A stretch of 64,000 nucleotides of DNA from Candidatus Hydrogenedentota bacterium (GTDB taxonomy: Bacteria; Hydrogenedentota; Hydrogenedentia; Hydrogenedentales; SLHB01): the NCBI GenBank assembly GCA_045863295.1, contig BTWA01000010.1, positions 64,001-128,000 of the forward strand, read 5' to 3'. The translations under genes and the position numbers were made by a program. The notes below the pieces were generated by a model. It made no database searches and was not told the origin of the DNA. It saw only the letters and a program-made list of their open reading frames with translations. This document shows positions 52,068 to 61,849 of this stretch, piece after piece. The first letter of the stretch is position 1. Every line of letters starts with the position of its first letter.

Positions 52068-53198
52068 TCAGACCCGCAGGAAGATTTGCTTCTTGTACAG
52101 GAATCTTACAAACAAGAAGACGAATCCGATTCCGACGAGTGAGGCCACGATTTCGTCGTATTGCCCGAAGAGCGTTTCGCCCAAGGGACCTCCGGTCAGC
52201 CTTGCGCCCAGTTCGGAGAAATCGACGAAGCTGTTGACGATATAGATGGTCAGGGGGTTTGCGCCAATCCAGACGAAGGGGATGGCCCATTTTTTCCAGC
52301 CTGCGACGTCGATAATCAGGATGAACAGACCAAGCAGGATGCAGCTCCATCCGCCTGCGTAGAGCACGTAGGTTGAGGTCCATATTCGTTTTATGATCGG
52401 GAATTGGAATCCCCAGACGTATCCTGCAATGCACAGCGCAACACCCGCGGCCAGGAAGTAGAGTGATTTTTGTTTCATGTCGTACTTTGCGTTGCGGATG
52501 AGCAGACCGGCGAAGACGCCGAGCAGGCAACTGGCCACGGCAGGGAAATTGCCGAGCAGGCCTTCGGGGTCGGTGACTTGTCCGGGTTCGCGGAAGGGCA
52601 GGTAGAGGCTGTCTACATACCGGGTGAGATTGGCGTCCTTGCTGTAGGCGTTTTCGGGATCCTTTCCGGGGAACGGCACGAACGAGAGCGCGGCCCAGTA
52701 GCCGATGATGAGCAGCAGAAACGTGACGATCAGACCGCGCAGCTTGAGGTTCATGTATAGCAGACCGGCGAAAAAGTAGCAGATGGCCAGCCGTTGCATG
52801 ACGCCGACGAATGGGTTTTCGTCCGGCATTTGCGCGAAACCGTGGTCGTAGAACCAGCCGAAGAAGAACATCAAGAGGGCGCGGCGCGCGAGGCGTTTGT
52901 ATGCGCCGGTCTTGCCTTCCGTATCGACGAGGCGGGTGAGCGAAAAGACGAGCGAGACGCCGATCAGGAACACGAAGAGCGGGAAGATGAGATCGTAGAA
53001 GACGAATCCTTCCCATGGGACGTGTTTGAGTTGGGTAGCCGCAGCCTGCACCACGCCCGAATCGCTGGCTTTTCCCATGGACCGGACGAGGTCGTCGGCG
53101 CCGACGATCCAGAACATATCGAATCCGCGCAATGCGTCGATGGCCATGATTCTTCCGCCGGCAGACAGTGCCGGTTTGGCGCTGCTGGTATCGCTCAT
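52068..53198 (-). CDS. NagX / heparan-alpha-glucosaminide N-acetyltransferase-like membrane protein (DUF5009)
   Basis: RIMAIDALRGFDM, H..WEG...DLIFPLF.F, GVMQR, DPEG, PIIKRIWTS, GAN. Confidence 0.9.
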   Translation of the reverse strand: MSDTSSAKPALSAGGRIMAIDALRGFDMFWIVGADDLVRSMGKASDSGVVQAAATQLKHVPWEGFVFYDLIFPLFVFLIGVSLVFSLTRLVDTEGKTGAYKRLARRALLMFFFGWFYDHGFAQMPDENPFVGVMQRLAICYFFAGLLYMNLKLRGLIVTFLLLIIGYWAALSFVPFPGKDPENAYSKDANLTRYVDSLYLPFREPGQVTDPEGLLGNFPAVASCLLGVFAGLLIRNAKYDMKQKSLYFLAAGVALCIAGYVWGFQFPIIKRIWTSTYVLYAGGWSCILLGLFILIIDVAGWKKWAIPFVWIGANPLTIYIVNSFVDFSELGARLTGGPLGETLFGQYDEIVASLVGIGFVFLFVRFLYKKQIFLRV

Positions 53199-53287
53199 CG
53201 CAGACCCCCTTTGTACACGGTGCAACCCCCCCGTCGAGACGATCGCGGAATTATCTTCCCCTGTAGGCCGGAAAACAACCGGCCGGT

Positions 53288-54223
53288 TCAGACGGTTGCT
53301 TCGGCCTCCGCCCGTGCCGCTTCGATGGCGGGTTTCCAATAGGAAACCGAAGCTTTCAGGTCGGCAACGACGCGGTAGTCCGCGGGATAACGCTCGCGGT
53401 GGGAGATTTCCAGCAGCAGGGTCGTTTTTGCGACGCCGACGGATTTCAGCGTATCGATGATTTCGTTGGGGATGATTTTGCCGCGTTCATTGTATTCCGG
53501 GGTGAAGGGATAGTGACCTCCTTTGTCGAGGAGGCTTTGCTTGATGTGTATGCAGGGGGATTTAAGTCCAAAGGCGCGCAGCCACGCGTGCGGGTTGGTG
53601 TCATCGGGATTGGTGGACTGCAGGTCGCCGTGGTCGACGTCCTGGCACAGCAGCATGGGAATGGCGAACCCGATGCCGCACCTGCGCAGGATGTCTTCGG
53701 TGGCGGCAATGGTCTCGGCGCATTCTCGGGGGATGGACATGGGTTCGAAGAGCAGATAGCGCAGGCCGATGGAAGCGCCGTATTCGGCGAGCCTGCGCCA
53801 GTTGTCGACCCCTTGCTGGATACGTTTTTCGCGGATTTCCGGGTCTGCATTGTCACGAACCGACATGATGCCGAAGTGGCTTCCGGCGCCCTCGGCACCG
53901 AGATCGCGGGATAGTCTGAAGAACCGTTTGAACCACTCCACCCAGATGGCTTGTAGTTCCGGATCCGGGTGCATGAGGTGGTTTACGCGGGTGAAAGCGG
54001 AAGTGAATGTGGATTCGACGGTCACGCCTTTTTTGTTGCACAGGGAGCGAATTTTTTCGATTTCCTTGGCGACTTTATCCTCCGGCAGGAACGGATTGAG
54101 GAGGTCGGCCGTAAATTGCACCGTGTCGAGGCCGAGATCGTCGGCGACGACGCCGAGCCAGTCGTCGGGTTCGGGGAACCGGTTGATGGCAAAGCCCGTA
54201 TTGATGCCCAGTTTGATGTCCAT
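53288..54223 (-). CDS. Sugar-phosphate isomerase/epimerase (xylose-isomerase-like TIM barrel, EryC-like)
   Basis: LGINTGFA.NRF.EP..W, EPM, DVDH, HIKQ, H.PF, LE metal ligands. Confidence 0.8.
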   Translation of the reverse strand: MDIKLGINTGFAINRFPEPDDWLGVVADDLGLDTVQFTADLLNPFLPEDKVAKEIEKIRSLCNKKGVTVESTFTSAFTRVNHLMHPDPELQAIWVEWFKRFFRLSRDLGAEGAGSHFGIMSVRDNADPEIREKRIQQGVDNWRRLAEYGASIGLRYLLFEPMSIPRECAETIAATEDILRRCGIGFAIPMLLCQDVDHGDLQSTNPDDTNPHAWLRAFGLKSPCIHIKQSLLDKGGHYPFTPEYNERGKIIPNEIIDTLKSVGVAKTTLLLEISHRERYPADYRVVADLKASVSYWKPAIEAARAEAEATV

Positions 54224-54610
54224 GGTTATTTTACGTTCCGTTCATTTGGCGGGTTTTGTTTGCGCGACCTATCGGGCAGGGATCGTACTATTTTGGCGGC
54301 GTTTTGCACAAAGGTTTTGAAAGCGCTTTGACGGGTGAGGCCATGGGGCGTGTGGAGCGGATGGACCTGTTCACCTATTTTCGGTCTGGCCTTGAGCGAT
54401 GCCATTTATTTCCCCCCGGATGCGGGGTCATGCTATAACCTTGCGATTGAAGCGTCCTTGCGGCTTTTGGGCCGTTGGTGTTGGTGGGGCGATTCATCTT
54501 GCCGAGCGGGAACTTGGCACCTGATGCGCCGTGGCCCCGGTGCGCCACATTGGCAAATGCGCGTCAGGCAAACCCGCTATTCCATGCGGCAGTATTTCAC
54601 GAGGTATGCC

Positions 54611-55273
54611 ATGATCAAACTTGAGAACGTCCGGCGCAAGCTGGGTCCGGGGGTGGAGTTTTTCTGCGAGCGGTTCCAGGCGGAAGATGGAGAACAGGTT
54701 GCCCTGTGGGGTCCGAGCGGTTGCGGCAAGAGCACCATGTTGAATCTGATATCCGGTCTGCTCAAACCCGATGACGGCGTCATTGTGGTGGACAGCGTGG
54801 AGATTCAAAAGTTGAGTGCGGGCCAGCTTGACCGTTTTCGCGGCGAGCGGTACGGGTTTGTATTTCAGACTTTTAATCTTCTTGCGCCGTTCACTTCGGC
54901 TCAGAACGTATTGCTGGGCATGTTTTTCAGCGACACCATTCCTTCCAAGGAGTGGAAGGAGCGCGCGGCGGCGATGTTGAAGCGCGTGGGTCTCGAACAC
55001 CGTATCCACAGCCGTCCCGGCACGTTGAGCGTGGGTGAGCGGCAGCGGGTGGCGATCGCGCGGGCGCTGGTGAACGATCCGAAGATCATCGTGGCGGATG
55101 AACCGACTGGGAGTCTGGATCCGAAGACATCGGCCTCAGTCATGGATTTGCTTCTTGAGTTGTGCGGCGAAGAGAAGAAGACGTTGATTCTCGTAACGCA
55201 CGCGATGGATCTGGCCGAGCGTTTGCCGAACCAATTCGATTGTCACGGCCTCATCAAGGAGGACGTGTCATGA
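54611..55273 (+). CDS. ABC transporter ATP-binding protein (LolD/MacB-like)
   Basis: GPSGCGKST, FQTFNL, LSVGERQR, ADEPTG, VTH. Confidence 0.95.
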   Translation: MIKLENVRRKLGPGVEFFCERFQAEDGEQVALWGPSGCGKSTMLNLISGLLKPDDGVIVVDSVEIQKLSAGQLDRFRGERYGFVFQTFNLLAPFTSAQNVLLGMFFSDTIPSKEWKERAAAMLKRVGLEHRIHSRPGTLSVGERQRVAIARALVNDPKIIVADEPTGSLDPKTSASVMDLLLELCGEEKKTLILVTHAMDLAERLPNQFDCHGLIKEDVS

Positions 55274-56598
55274 GTCTTTGGCGCATCGCATGGAATTATC
55301 TTTGGAACCGTAAACTGACCACCTCGATGACGATTATCTCCGTGGCTCTGAGCGTTGGGTTGATTACAGCGGTGCTGATCCTTCGCGACGAGACGGAGCG
55401 GCGTTTTGTGGAGGAGGGTCAGGCGTACGATTTGGTGGTAGGAACGGAAAGCCCTTTGCAGGTGGTATTGAGCACGGTTTACTTCATCGACAAACCGACG
55501 ACGAACATTCCGTTCAGCGTGTATACGAAGATGAAATCCGATCCGGAGGTATTGAACGCGTTTCCGATATGCCTGGGCGACACGTTCAATGGGTATTACA
55601 TTGTGGGCACATCGGTGTCCCTGCTGGAACACAAATTTCGGGCCAAGTCGAACGGCGAGCCTCGTGCGCCGTTCACGTTGGCCGAGGGGACGTATTTTGC
55701 GAAGCCGTTCGAGGCCGTGGTTGGGTTTGAGGTCGCGCGCGATCTGCAATTGAAGGTAGGCGACACGTTCGCCAGCCAGCACGGCACGGACGTTACGGAC
55801 GAGCATGAAGAGTTGCCTTATACCGTAACGGGGATTCTTAAGCAGTCGTTCACCCCGAACGACCGCGTGATTTTTTCCGATTACCGTTCCATGTGGCTCG
55901 CGCATGCGCACGAAGAAGGTCACGACGTCGAGGGTGCGGATGAGCATGCCGAGCACGAGCATGAGCACGGTCATGACCATGAGCACGAGCGGTTTGAAGG
56001 ATTCGATCCGCACGACGACACGAATTTGCTCGGTGTGCCCGAGGACAATCAGGAAGTCACGTCGGTACTGGCCGTGCTGGAAAGTCCGGGATTGCGTTTC
56101 AGCATCCAGCAACGGTTGCGCCGTGAACTTGGCTATCTGATCGTGGAAGTGCCGGTGAACGTCATCAAGACGCTGTACGATCAACTGTTGGGCACTGCGC
56201 GCACGATTTTGTTGTACATTGGTTATCTGGTGGTTGCGATCTCCTCGATATCGATCTTGATAGGGCTGTACATGTCTATTTTGCAGCGCAAGCGCGATCT
56301 GGCGGTGATGCGCGCGTTGGGCGCCTCTTCGGGCGATATCGTGGGGTCGGTGATCATTGAGGCTTTTCTGGTGACGCTGCTGGGCATCGGCGCGGGGTGG
56401 CTATTCGGTGTTGGGGCGACGTGGGGCCTAAGCCAGTACCTTGCCGATCGCATTGGCTTTACCGTATCGGCGTATCGGCCGTCCGTGGACCTTTTCACGG
56501 CGTATTCGGCGGTGTTGCTGATGGGGATGTTGGCGGGCTTGGTGCCGGCGTGGCAGGCGTACCGGACGGACGTAGCCAAAGGTTTGACCGAAATGTAG
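55270..56598 (+). CDS. MacB/FtsX-type ABC permease with His-rich periplasmic insert
   Basis: 1+3 TM topology, YDLVVG..SPLQ.VL, RDLAVMRALGA; HAHEEGH...HEHEHGHDHEH. Confidence 0.92.
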   Translation: MSLWRIAWNYLWNRKLTTSMTIISVALSVGLITAVLILRDETERRFVEEGQAYDLVVGTESPLQVVLSTVYFIDKPTTNIPFSVYTKMKSDPEVLNAFPICLGDTFNGYYIVGTSVSLLEHKFRAKSNGEPRAPFTLAEGTYFAKPFEAVVGFEVARDLQLKVGDTFASQHGTDVTDEHEELPYTVTGILKQSFTPNDRVIFSDYRSMWLAHAHEEGHDVEGADEHAEHEHEHGHDHEHERFEGFDPHDDTNLLGVPEDNQEVTSVLAVLESPGLRFSIQQRLRRELGYLIVEVPVNVIKTLYDQLLGTARTILLYIGYLVVAISSISILIGLYMSILQRKRDLAVMRALGASSGDIVGSVIIEAFLVTLLGIGAGWLFGVGATWGLSQYLADRIGFTVSAYRPSVDLFTAYSAVLLMGMLAGLVPAWQAYRTDVAKGLTEM

Positions 56599-56817
56599 TC
56601 CCGGATCGCCCCATTTTGGCGCAAAAAGTTGTGCGGGTTGAAAATAACCCTGCTTAAAGTGCGACAAATCGTTGCCGAACGTGTACGGTAAGTCAGCAGG
56701 GCATCCGGCATGCCGCCGGATTTTCGTATCAGGAGTGTACTTACAGGGCAAAGCAAATCGTTCGGCGCCCGCGGCCGTAACAGCCGGCGTCGGCCAAACT
56801 GTCGAGGAGGATGGCCA

Positions 56818-58026
56818 ATGCACGGAAGTTACCGGGTTCGCGTTATCTTAGCCGCCATGGCATTCGCGGGATTCCTGTGGGAGCCCGGCGCCTTTGCTCA
56901 GTCCAATGAATTATTCCGGCCCGTGGTTTGGGGGCCGACGCAAATTCCTTCCGATTTAATTCAGTATTCGGCTGTTTTTCAGAGCCAGGGCCGTCGCCAG
57001 GATCTGCATTTTTTGAATGTCGTCCGTTCTGACGGCACGTGGGTGGTGCAGAATCTTCCGGTAGGGCTTGAGCCGGGGTTGACACAGATAGCGACCGTGA
57101 TCCCGGCCAGCCAGTTCATCAGCGGGGATTTGTATCACACGACGTTCAGCACCACGTATCAGCGGACCGCTCCGGCGTTTGTGGTTGCTCAGGCCGTTCT
57201 GCAGGTTCTGGGCGCGGCCATCAATTTTCTTGTCAATGGAGGCGCGTGCCGGGATGGGTATGGCACGTTTGTCGATCCGGGAGCTGCGCCTACTACATTG
57301 GTGTCATTTCCGCCGCCGCCGCTTCCGTTCTTCCCGCCGTTCCGGTACGTGTACCGGAGTGAAGTGCCGGATACCGAGCAGGGGCCCAACGAGTGTGCCC
57401 CGACCTCGGCGGCGAATAGTCTGGCGTGGATGGAGTCGGTTTATGACGCCATCGATATTGGTTTGACCCCGGAAGAGATTCGCGATGAATTAAAGGGTCC
57501 GGACTTCATGAAAACGAGCGCCGCGACCGGGACGAGTGACGCCGATTTCGTGTCGGGAAAGAATGCATTTGCGGAAGCGTACGATTTGCCCATTGAGACC
57601 CGGGCAGTACCGGGCGGGGTGGGTCCGGCGCCTGGAATGGACGATTTGTACGCGGAGTTGGAGCAAGGGAGCGACGTGGAGCTTTCGGTGGTCTGGCTGG
57701 ACAAGAACGGCCAACCCAATGGCGGGCATTGGGTTACGGTGGTTGGCATGATAGAGATACAGGGCCAGTACGGGGTCTATATCAAGGACCCGGATGATGG
57801 CGTGGACCAGACCCAGTTTCACTGGATCGATACCAATCCGGATGGGAAGCATTCGCTTCGTGGATATGGCGGTGCGCATGTGGTTGACCTGACCATCGCG
57901 GAGTCTGTTAAGCGGCCGGGATTGTGTGGTTCGGGTGGTGCGGCGGTGGTAGTTCCGCCGGTGGTGTTGTTGCTTGCGTTTTCCCGTCGGTTACGGCGCC
58001 GGGCCGGGCAGACTGAGAGGCATTGA
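56818..58026 (+). CDS. Secreted papain-like (C39-like) cysteine peptidase with C-terminal sorting signal
   Basis: GAGGAGG RBS; signal peptide; Q..NECAPTS, GHWVTVVG, IKDP; tail CGSGG-TM-RRLRRR. Confidence 0.72.
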   Translation: MHGSYRVRVILAAMAFAGFLWEPGAFAQSNELFRPVVWGPTQIPSDLIQYSAVFQSQGRRQDLHFLNVVRSDGTWVVQNLPVGLEPGLTQIATVIPASQFISGDLYHTTFSTTYQRTAPAFVVAQAVLQVLGAAINFLVNGGACRDGYGTFVDPGAAPTTLVSFPPPPLPFFPPFRYVYRSEVPDTEQGPNECAPTSAANSLAWMESVYDAIDIGLTPEEIRDELKGPDFMKTSAATGTSDADFVSGKNAFAEAYDLPIETRAVPGGVGPAPGMDDLYAELEQGSDVELSVVWLDKNGQPNGGHWVTVVGMIEIQGQYGVYIKDPDDGVDQTQFHWIDTNPDGKHSLRGYGGAHVVDLTIAESVKRPGLCGSGGAAVVVPPVVLLLAFSRRLRRRAGQTERH

Positions 58027-58104
58027 CCGGGCTGTAAAACCGGTGGGAATATGCTATGATGATCCATTGGTTGTCCGGTAATCGTTGTTACAGGAGGTCG
58101 TGTT

Positions 58105-58752
58105 GTGAGAAGGCGTCTCGTTCGTGAATTAGGAACCCTTCTCGGCGTTGCCGTGATTCTGGGCGGCATTGTCGGCCTGAACATTTATATGCGGCTGGGT
58201 TCGCTGCAGCAGAAGTACACGAAGATGCGGTTGGAAGCCGAAGCGAAGCGGGAAGCGGAAGGCGTACAGCTTCTGAAATGGGATATGCTACGCAATACGA
58301 AGGGCACGCTGAAGACGGGGCCGACGTTTGATCCGGCGCTGAAGGAGTATAACGAGCGCATCGTCAACATCATGGGGTACATGACCCCGATTGACGAATT
58401 CCGGAACGCGACGCACTTCATGCTTTTGCCGATGACGCTGGAATGTTACTTCTGCGAGGCGCCGCCGTTGCGGGATATCATTCAGGTGAAGATGCTGCCG
58501 GACCAGCATGTGAATATTGTGGATCAGCCGGTGCTGATCAGCGGCGGTCTTGTGCTGCATGAAGGTCCAAAGAACCAGTTTTTTTACTCGATTGAGAATG
58601 CGTCATTGGAACCCGGTGTGTTTGGCCAGAAGATGACGAACCGGCAGTTTACCGAAGAACATATGGGCCATATGATTCAAGGGTCGGACGAATTCAAGGA
58701 AGAGATACTTCCTCCTGTGTTGGAGACGCCCGCGGGCGGACCGGCCCAGTAA
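58105..58752 (+). CDS. DUF3299 family protein
   Basis: N-terminal TM, W..L, V.I.GYM.P, F.L.P...CYFC..PP, I.V; AGGAGG RBS. Confidence 0.8.
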   Translation: MRRRLVRELGTLLGVAVILGGIVGLNIYMRLGSLQQKYTKMRLEAEAKREAEGVQLLKWDMLRNTKGTLKTGPTFDPALKEYNERIVNIMGYMTPIDEFRNATHFMLLPMTLECYFCEAPPLRDIIQVKMLPDQHVNIVDQPVLISGGLVLHEGPKNQFFYSIENASLEPGVFGQKMTNRQFTEEHMGHMIQGSDEFKEEILPPVLETPAGGPAQ

Positions 58753-58769
58753 CGTCGATCGATGACTTC

Positions 58770-58828
58770 AACGCCTCCGGCTGTTGACTGGCACAGGCCA
58801 GTGCGGCGCCGCGAGGCGTTTTTATTTT
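58770..58828 (+). terminator. Possible terminator after the DUF3299 gene
   Basis: AACGCCTC...GAGGCGTT closing stem with inner ACTGGC/GCCAGT, followed by TTTATTTT. Confidence 0.45.
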
Positions 58829-58843
58829 GAATGGGCATTCCGT

Positions 58844-59557
58844 ATGAGTCACGAGCACCGGTTTTTTTCTTCGCCTGGCGAGCAGGAGCCGGAGCGAATA
58901 ACGTTGCGCGAGCAGGAGGCGCACCATGCGCTGCATGTGGTTCGATTGCGCAAAGGCGACCGCGTGATTGTTTTTGACGGGCGCGGCCGCGAGTGGTCGT
59001 GTCTTGTGTCGGAGACGGGCCGGAAGGACGTGCAGCTCGCGATTGAATCGTCGCGAACGGCGGTAGCGCCCCGATACCGGTTGGACCTGTTGTTGGGCGC
59101 GTTGCACCGTGACAAGGCGTTGGAAGAGGTGATTCAACGCGGGACGGAGATTGGGGTTTCGCGGTTTGTTTTTTTTCGGGCGGAACGGAGCGAACGTGCG
59201 GCAAAGGTGATGGACAAGTGGCACCGTTGGGCGGTGGAGTCGTGCAAGCAGTGTGGGCGGTTGTGGTTGCCGGCGTTCGCGGTGGCGGATTCGTTGGAGG
59301 CGGCGATGGCGGATACACCGGTGCTGCGTTTAATTGCCACACTCAACCGGAGTCCGATTCCTATCCGGACTTGTGTGGACACGCGGGAAGCCGCGGTGAT
59401 TGTCGGTCCTGAAGGGGATTTCACGGATCGCGAGTTGGCTTTGGCCGAATCGTTGGGCGCGAAGGCGTTCAGTTTGGGCGGGCACGTATTTCGCGCGGAA
59501 GTGGCGGCGGCGCTGGCGGCGGGGTTGGTGTTGTACGAGTGGGGCGAGTTGGGTTGA
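58844..59557 (+). CDS. rsmE: 16S rRNA m3U1498 methyltransferase
   Basis: HHALHVVRL, TEIGV, ESCKQCGR, VGPEGDF, LG..VFRAEVA. Confidence 0.93.
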   Translation: MSHEHRFFSSPGEQEPERITLREQEAHHALHVVRLRKGDRVIVFDGRGREWSCLVSETGRKDVQLAIESSRTAVAPRYRLDLLLGALHRDKALEEVIQRGTEIGVSRFVFFRAERSERAAKVMDKWHRWAVESCKQCGRLWLPAFAVADSLEAAMADTPVLRLIATLNRSPIPIRTCVDTREAAVIVGPEGDFTDRELALAESLGAKAFSLGGHVFRAEVAAALAAGLVLYEWGELG

Positions 59558-59643
59558 TTTCGGGGCGGGCGTTTTGCGTGGATGGCGAGGAGTGGAGTAA
59601 GCTTTCTTCTGTAGTTTGTGCGGCCTATTGAGGGAGTGGGAAG

Positions 59644-59988
59644 ATGGGGGATGGCTGTTTGTTTTGCCGGATTGCGGCGGGGGAGATTCCGTCGCAGAAG
59701 GTGTACGAAGACGAGACCGTGTTTGCGTTCCGGGATATTAACCCGCAGGCTCCCACGCATATTCTGGTTATTCCGAAGAAGCACATAGCACGGATGTCCG
59801 ATTGTGTTGCCGAGGATGCGGCTTTGTTGGGTGAGGTGATGTACCGGGCGGCGGAAATTGCGCGGCAGGAAGGCGTCGGCGACGGATTCCGCACGGTTGT
59901 GAATTGTGGCGAGAGTGTGGGTCAGAGCGTATGGCACATTCACGTGCACGTACTCGGGGGGCGGCCGATGCACTGGCCGCCGGGCTGA
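59644..59988 (+). CDS. hinT: Histidine triad nucleotide-binding protein
   Basis: CLFC, DINPQAPTH, GQSVWHIHVHVLGGR, WPPG. Confidence 0.95.
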   Translation: MGDGCLFCRIAAGEIPSQKVYEDETVFAFRDINPQAPTHILVIPKKHIARMSDCVAEDAALLGEVMYRAAEIARQEGVGDGFRTVVNCGESVGQSVWHIHVHVLGGRPMHWPPG

Positions 59989-60019
59989 AGCTAAAGCAGT
60001 ATTGGATTCAATTAACTTC

Positions 60020-60886
60020 ATGCAGACCATCGATACCGAGACCCGCCTTTGCGCCGTGATCGGCAATCCTGTGGGCCATTCACTTTCGCCCGCCATGCAC
60101 AATGCGGCCTATCGCGCCGCCGGTTTGAATTATGCGTATCTCGCTTTTCGCGTCGAGGACGTGAAGGGTTGTCTTGACGGGATGCGCAGCATGCCGGGAT
60201 TTCGCGGCATGAGCGTGACCATTCCGCACAAACTTGCGGTGATGGAGCATTTGGACGCCATCGACGACGTCGCCCGTCATGTGGGCAGTGTGAACACCAT
60301 AACCAACGACGGTGGCCGGTTGACGGGCACGACCACGGACGGCCCGGGGTTGTTGCGGGCGTTGGGGGAGGCGGGCGTTGACTTGTCGGATCGACGCGTG
60401 TTGTTTCTGGGCGGTGGGGGCGCGGTTCGCGCGGTGGCTTTTGCGGTTTCTGAGTTGACGGAAGTGGAGCATGTAACTCTGTTGGGCCGCAGCCGCGAGA
60501 AGGTGGCTTCGTTGGTGCGGGACTTACGCGACAAGACGCCGGCGGATGTGTCATGGGGAACCTTTGAGGAGGATCTTCGCGAGGCTCTGGCCACGCATAC
60601 GATCGTCATTCAAGGGACGCCGGTGGGGATGCACCCGCACGAAGGCGAGACGTTGATCGATGCCGCCATGTTGCGCCCTGAGCACGTGCTTTTTGACATG
60701 GTGTACCGGCCGTTCAAGACGCGGTTGCTTGTGGAGGCGGAAGCGCGAGGATGCCAGGTGATCCCGGGAATCGAGATGTTGATTCATCAGGCGGTACTTC
60801 AATTTGAGACATGGACCGGCACGCGGTGTCCGGTTGAGGCGATGCGCGATGCGGCCTACAGCGCGCTGAAGGTAGGGGTTCGATGA
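60020..60886 (+). CDS. aroE: Shikimate dehydrogenase
   Basis: G.PV.HSLSP.MHN, SVTIPHK, NT, TDG, GGGGA, DMVY.P, QA..QF. Confidence 0.95.
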   Translation: MQTIDTETRLCAVIGNPVGHSLSPAMHNAAYRAAGLNYAYLAFRVEDVKGCLDGMRSMPGFRGMSVTIPHKLAVMEHLDAIDDVARHVGSVNTITNDGGRLTGTTTDGPGLLRALGEAGVDLSDRRVLFLGGGGAVRAVAFAVSELTEVEHVTLLGRSREKVASLVRDLRDKTPADVSWGTFEEDLREALATHTIVIQGTPVGMHPHEGETLIDAAMLRPEHVLFDMVYRPFKTRLLVEAEARGCQVIPGIEMLIHQAVLQFETWTGTRCPVEAMRDAAYSALKVGVR

Positions 60887-61395
60887 ATATTGTGTTCGTG
60901 GGTGCGCGGGGCAGTGGCAAATCGATCGTGGCGAAGGCAGTATCCCGTCGTTTGGGCCGGGGCGTGGCCAGCACCGACGCTGAAATTGTGAAGAAGGCGG
61001 GGGTGCCGGTGTCCGAGTATGTAGCCGAGAATGGGTGGGATGCGTTTCGCGACTTGGAGACGTCCGTTGTGCTGGACTTGGCGAACGGCGACGATTTGGT
61101 GGTCGACACCGGCGGCGGCGTCGTGTTGCGGCCCGAGAATGTGGCCGCGTTGAAACGGAAAGGCTATGTGATTTGGTTGCGCACGTCGATTGAGACGCTG
61201 AAGAGTCGCCTGGCCGACGCGACCGACCGCCCTTCCCTTACGGGAACCAAATCCTTTGTGGAAGAGATGGAAGAGATATTGGCGGTGCGTGCGCCTATTT
61301 ATGAGTCAGTCGCGGATTGCATTATTGATACCGATCGCCGGTCGGTGGACGAGATCGCCGCGCTGATCGAGGAGCGGATACGTCAGGCGCTTTGA
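60883..61395 (+). CDS. aroK: Shikimate kinase
   Basis: GARGSGKS, GW..FR..E, TGGG, RP.L, R.P.Y. Confidence 0.93.
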   Translation: MNIVFVGARGSGKSIVAKAVSRRLGRGVASTDAEIVKKAGVPVSEYVAENGWDAFRDLETSVVLDLANGDDLVVDTGGGVVLRPENVAALKRKGYVIWLRTSIETLKSRLADATDRPSLTGTKSFVEEMEEILAVRAPIYESVADCIIDTDRRSVDEIAALIEERIRQAL

Positions 61396-61439
61396 CAGCG
61401 GGCTGGGGAATTGGCGGCGGCAATCGAAGGGAGGACCGG

Positions 61440-61625
61440 ATGCGCATTCAGACGTTCATGGGAAAGGTTGGAGTGGAGGGCCTCACGGAGATGGACGAGC
61501 ACATCAACCAGTGGCTGGCGCAGCATAACGTGGAGCCCAAGCACATCAGCCAGGCGTTCGGGCAGTCGACGAGCCGGGACGGTTCACACACGGAGCCGGT
61601 GTTGATCGTGTCGTTGTGGTATTAG
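61440..61625 (+). CDS. Small hypothetical protein (61 aa)
   Basis: GGAGG RBS; MDEHINQWL...LIVSLWY. Confidence 0.65.
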   Translation: MRIQTFMGKVGVEGLTEMDEHINQWLAQHNVEPKHISQAFGQSTSRDGSHTEPVLIVSLWY

Positions 61626-61654
61626 AGCGATTTGCAGGCGGACGGGCGGTTTTG

Positions 61655-61683
61655 TTGTACGCTGTTGTGAACGGTGGTACACT
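61655..61683 (+). promoter_or_regulatory. Sigma70-type promoter
   Basis: TTGTAC-N17-TACACT with TG extended -10. Confidence 0.55.
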
Positions 61684-61849
61684 ACGTAGCGGTACCGGCG
61701 ACGCCGGATACGCCCGGAGAGCAATCCCCGACCCAGAGTAGGGTCGTCGTATGTCCGGGCAGGCGCGACCCAGCGCCATTCCGCCCCGCGGGTTTCCTGC
61801 ACGGAGCGTACCCATGTCCCAAACGGAAGATGAGAGGCAATACGTCGGC

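Noticed and set aside
54515..54530. TTGGCAC as a sigma54 promoter (also 56617 and 58789)
   Set aside because: GG-to-GC spacing is not the required 10 nt
56740..56810. ACAGGGCAAA resembling the start of a c-di-GMP-I riboswitch
   Set aside because: Lacks the GNRA-capped P2 stem and the following GACGCAAAG element
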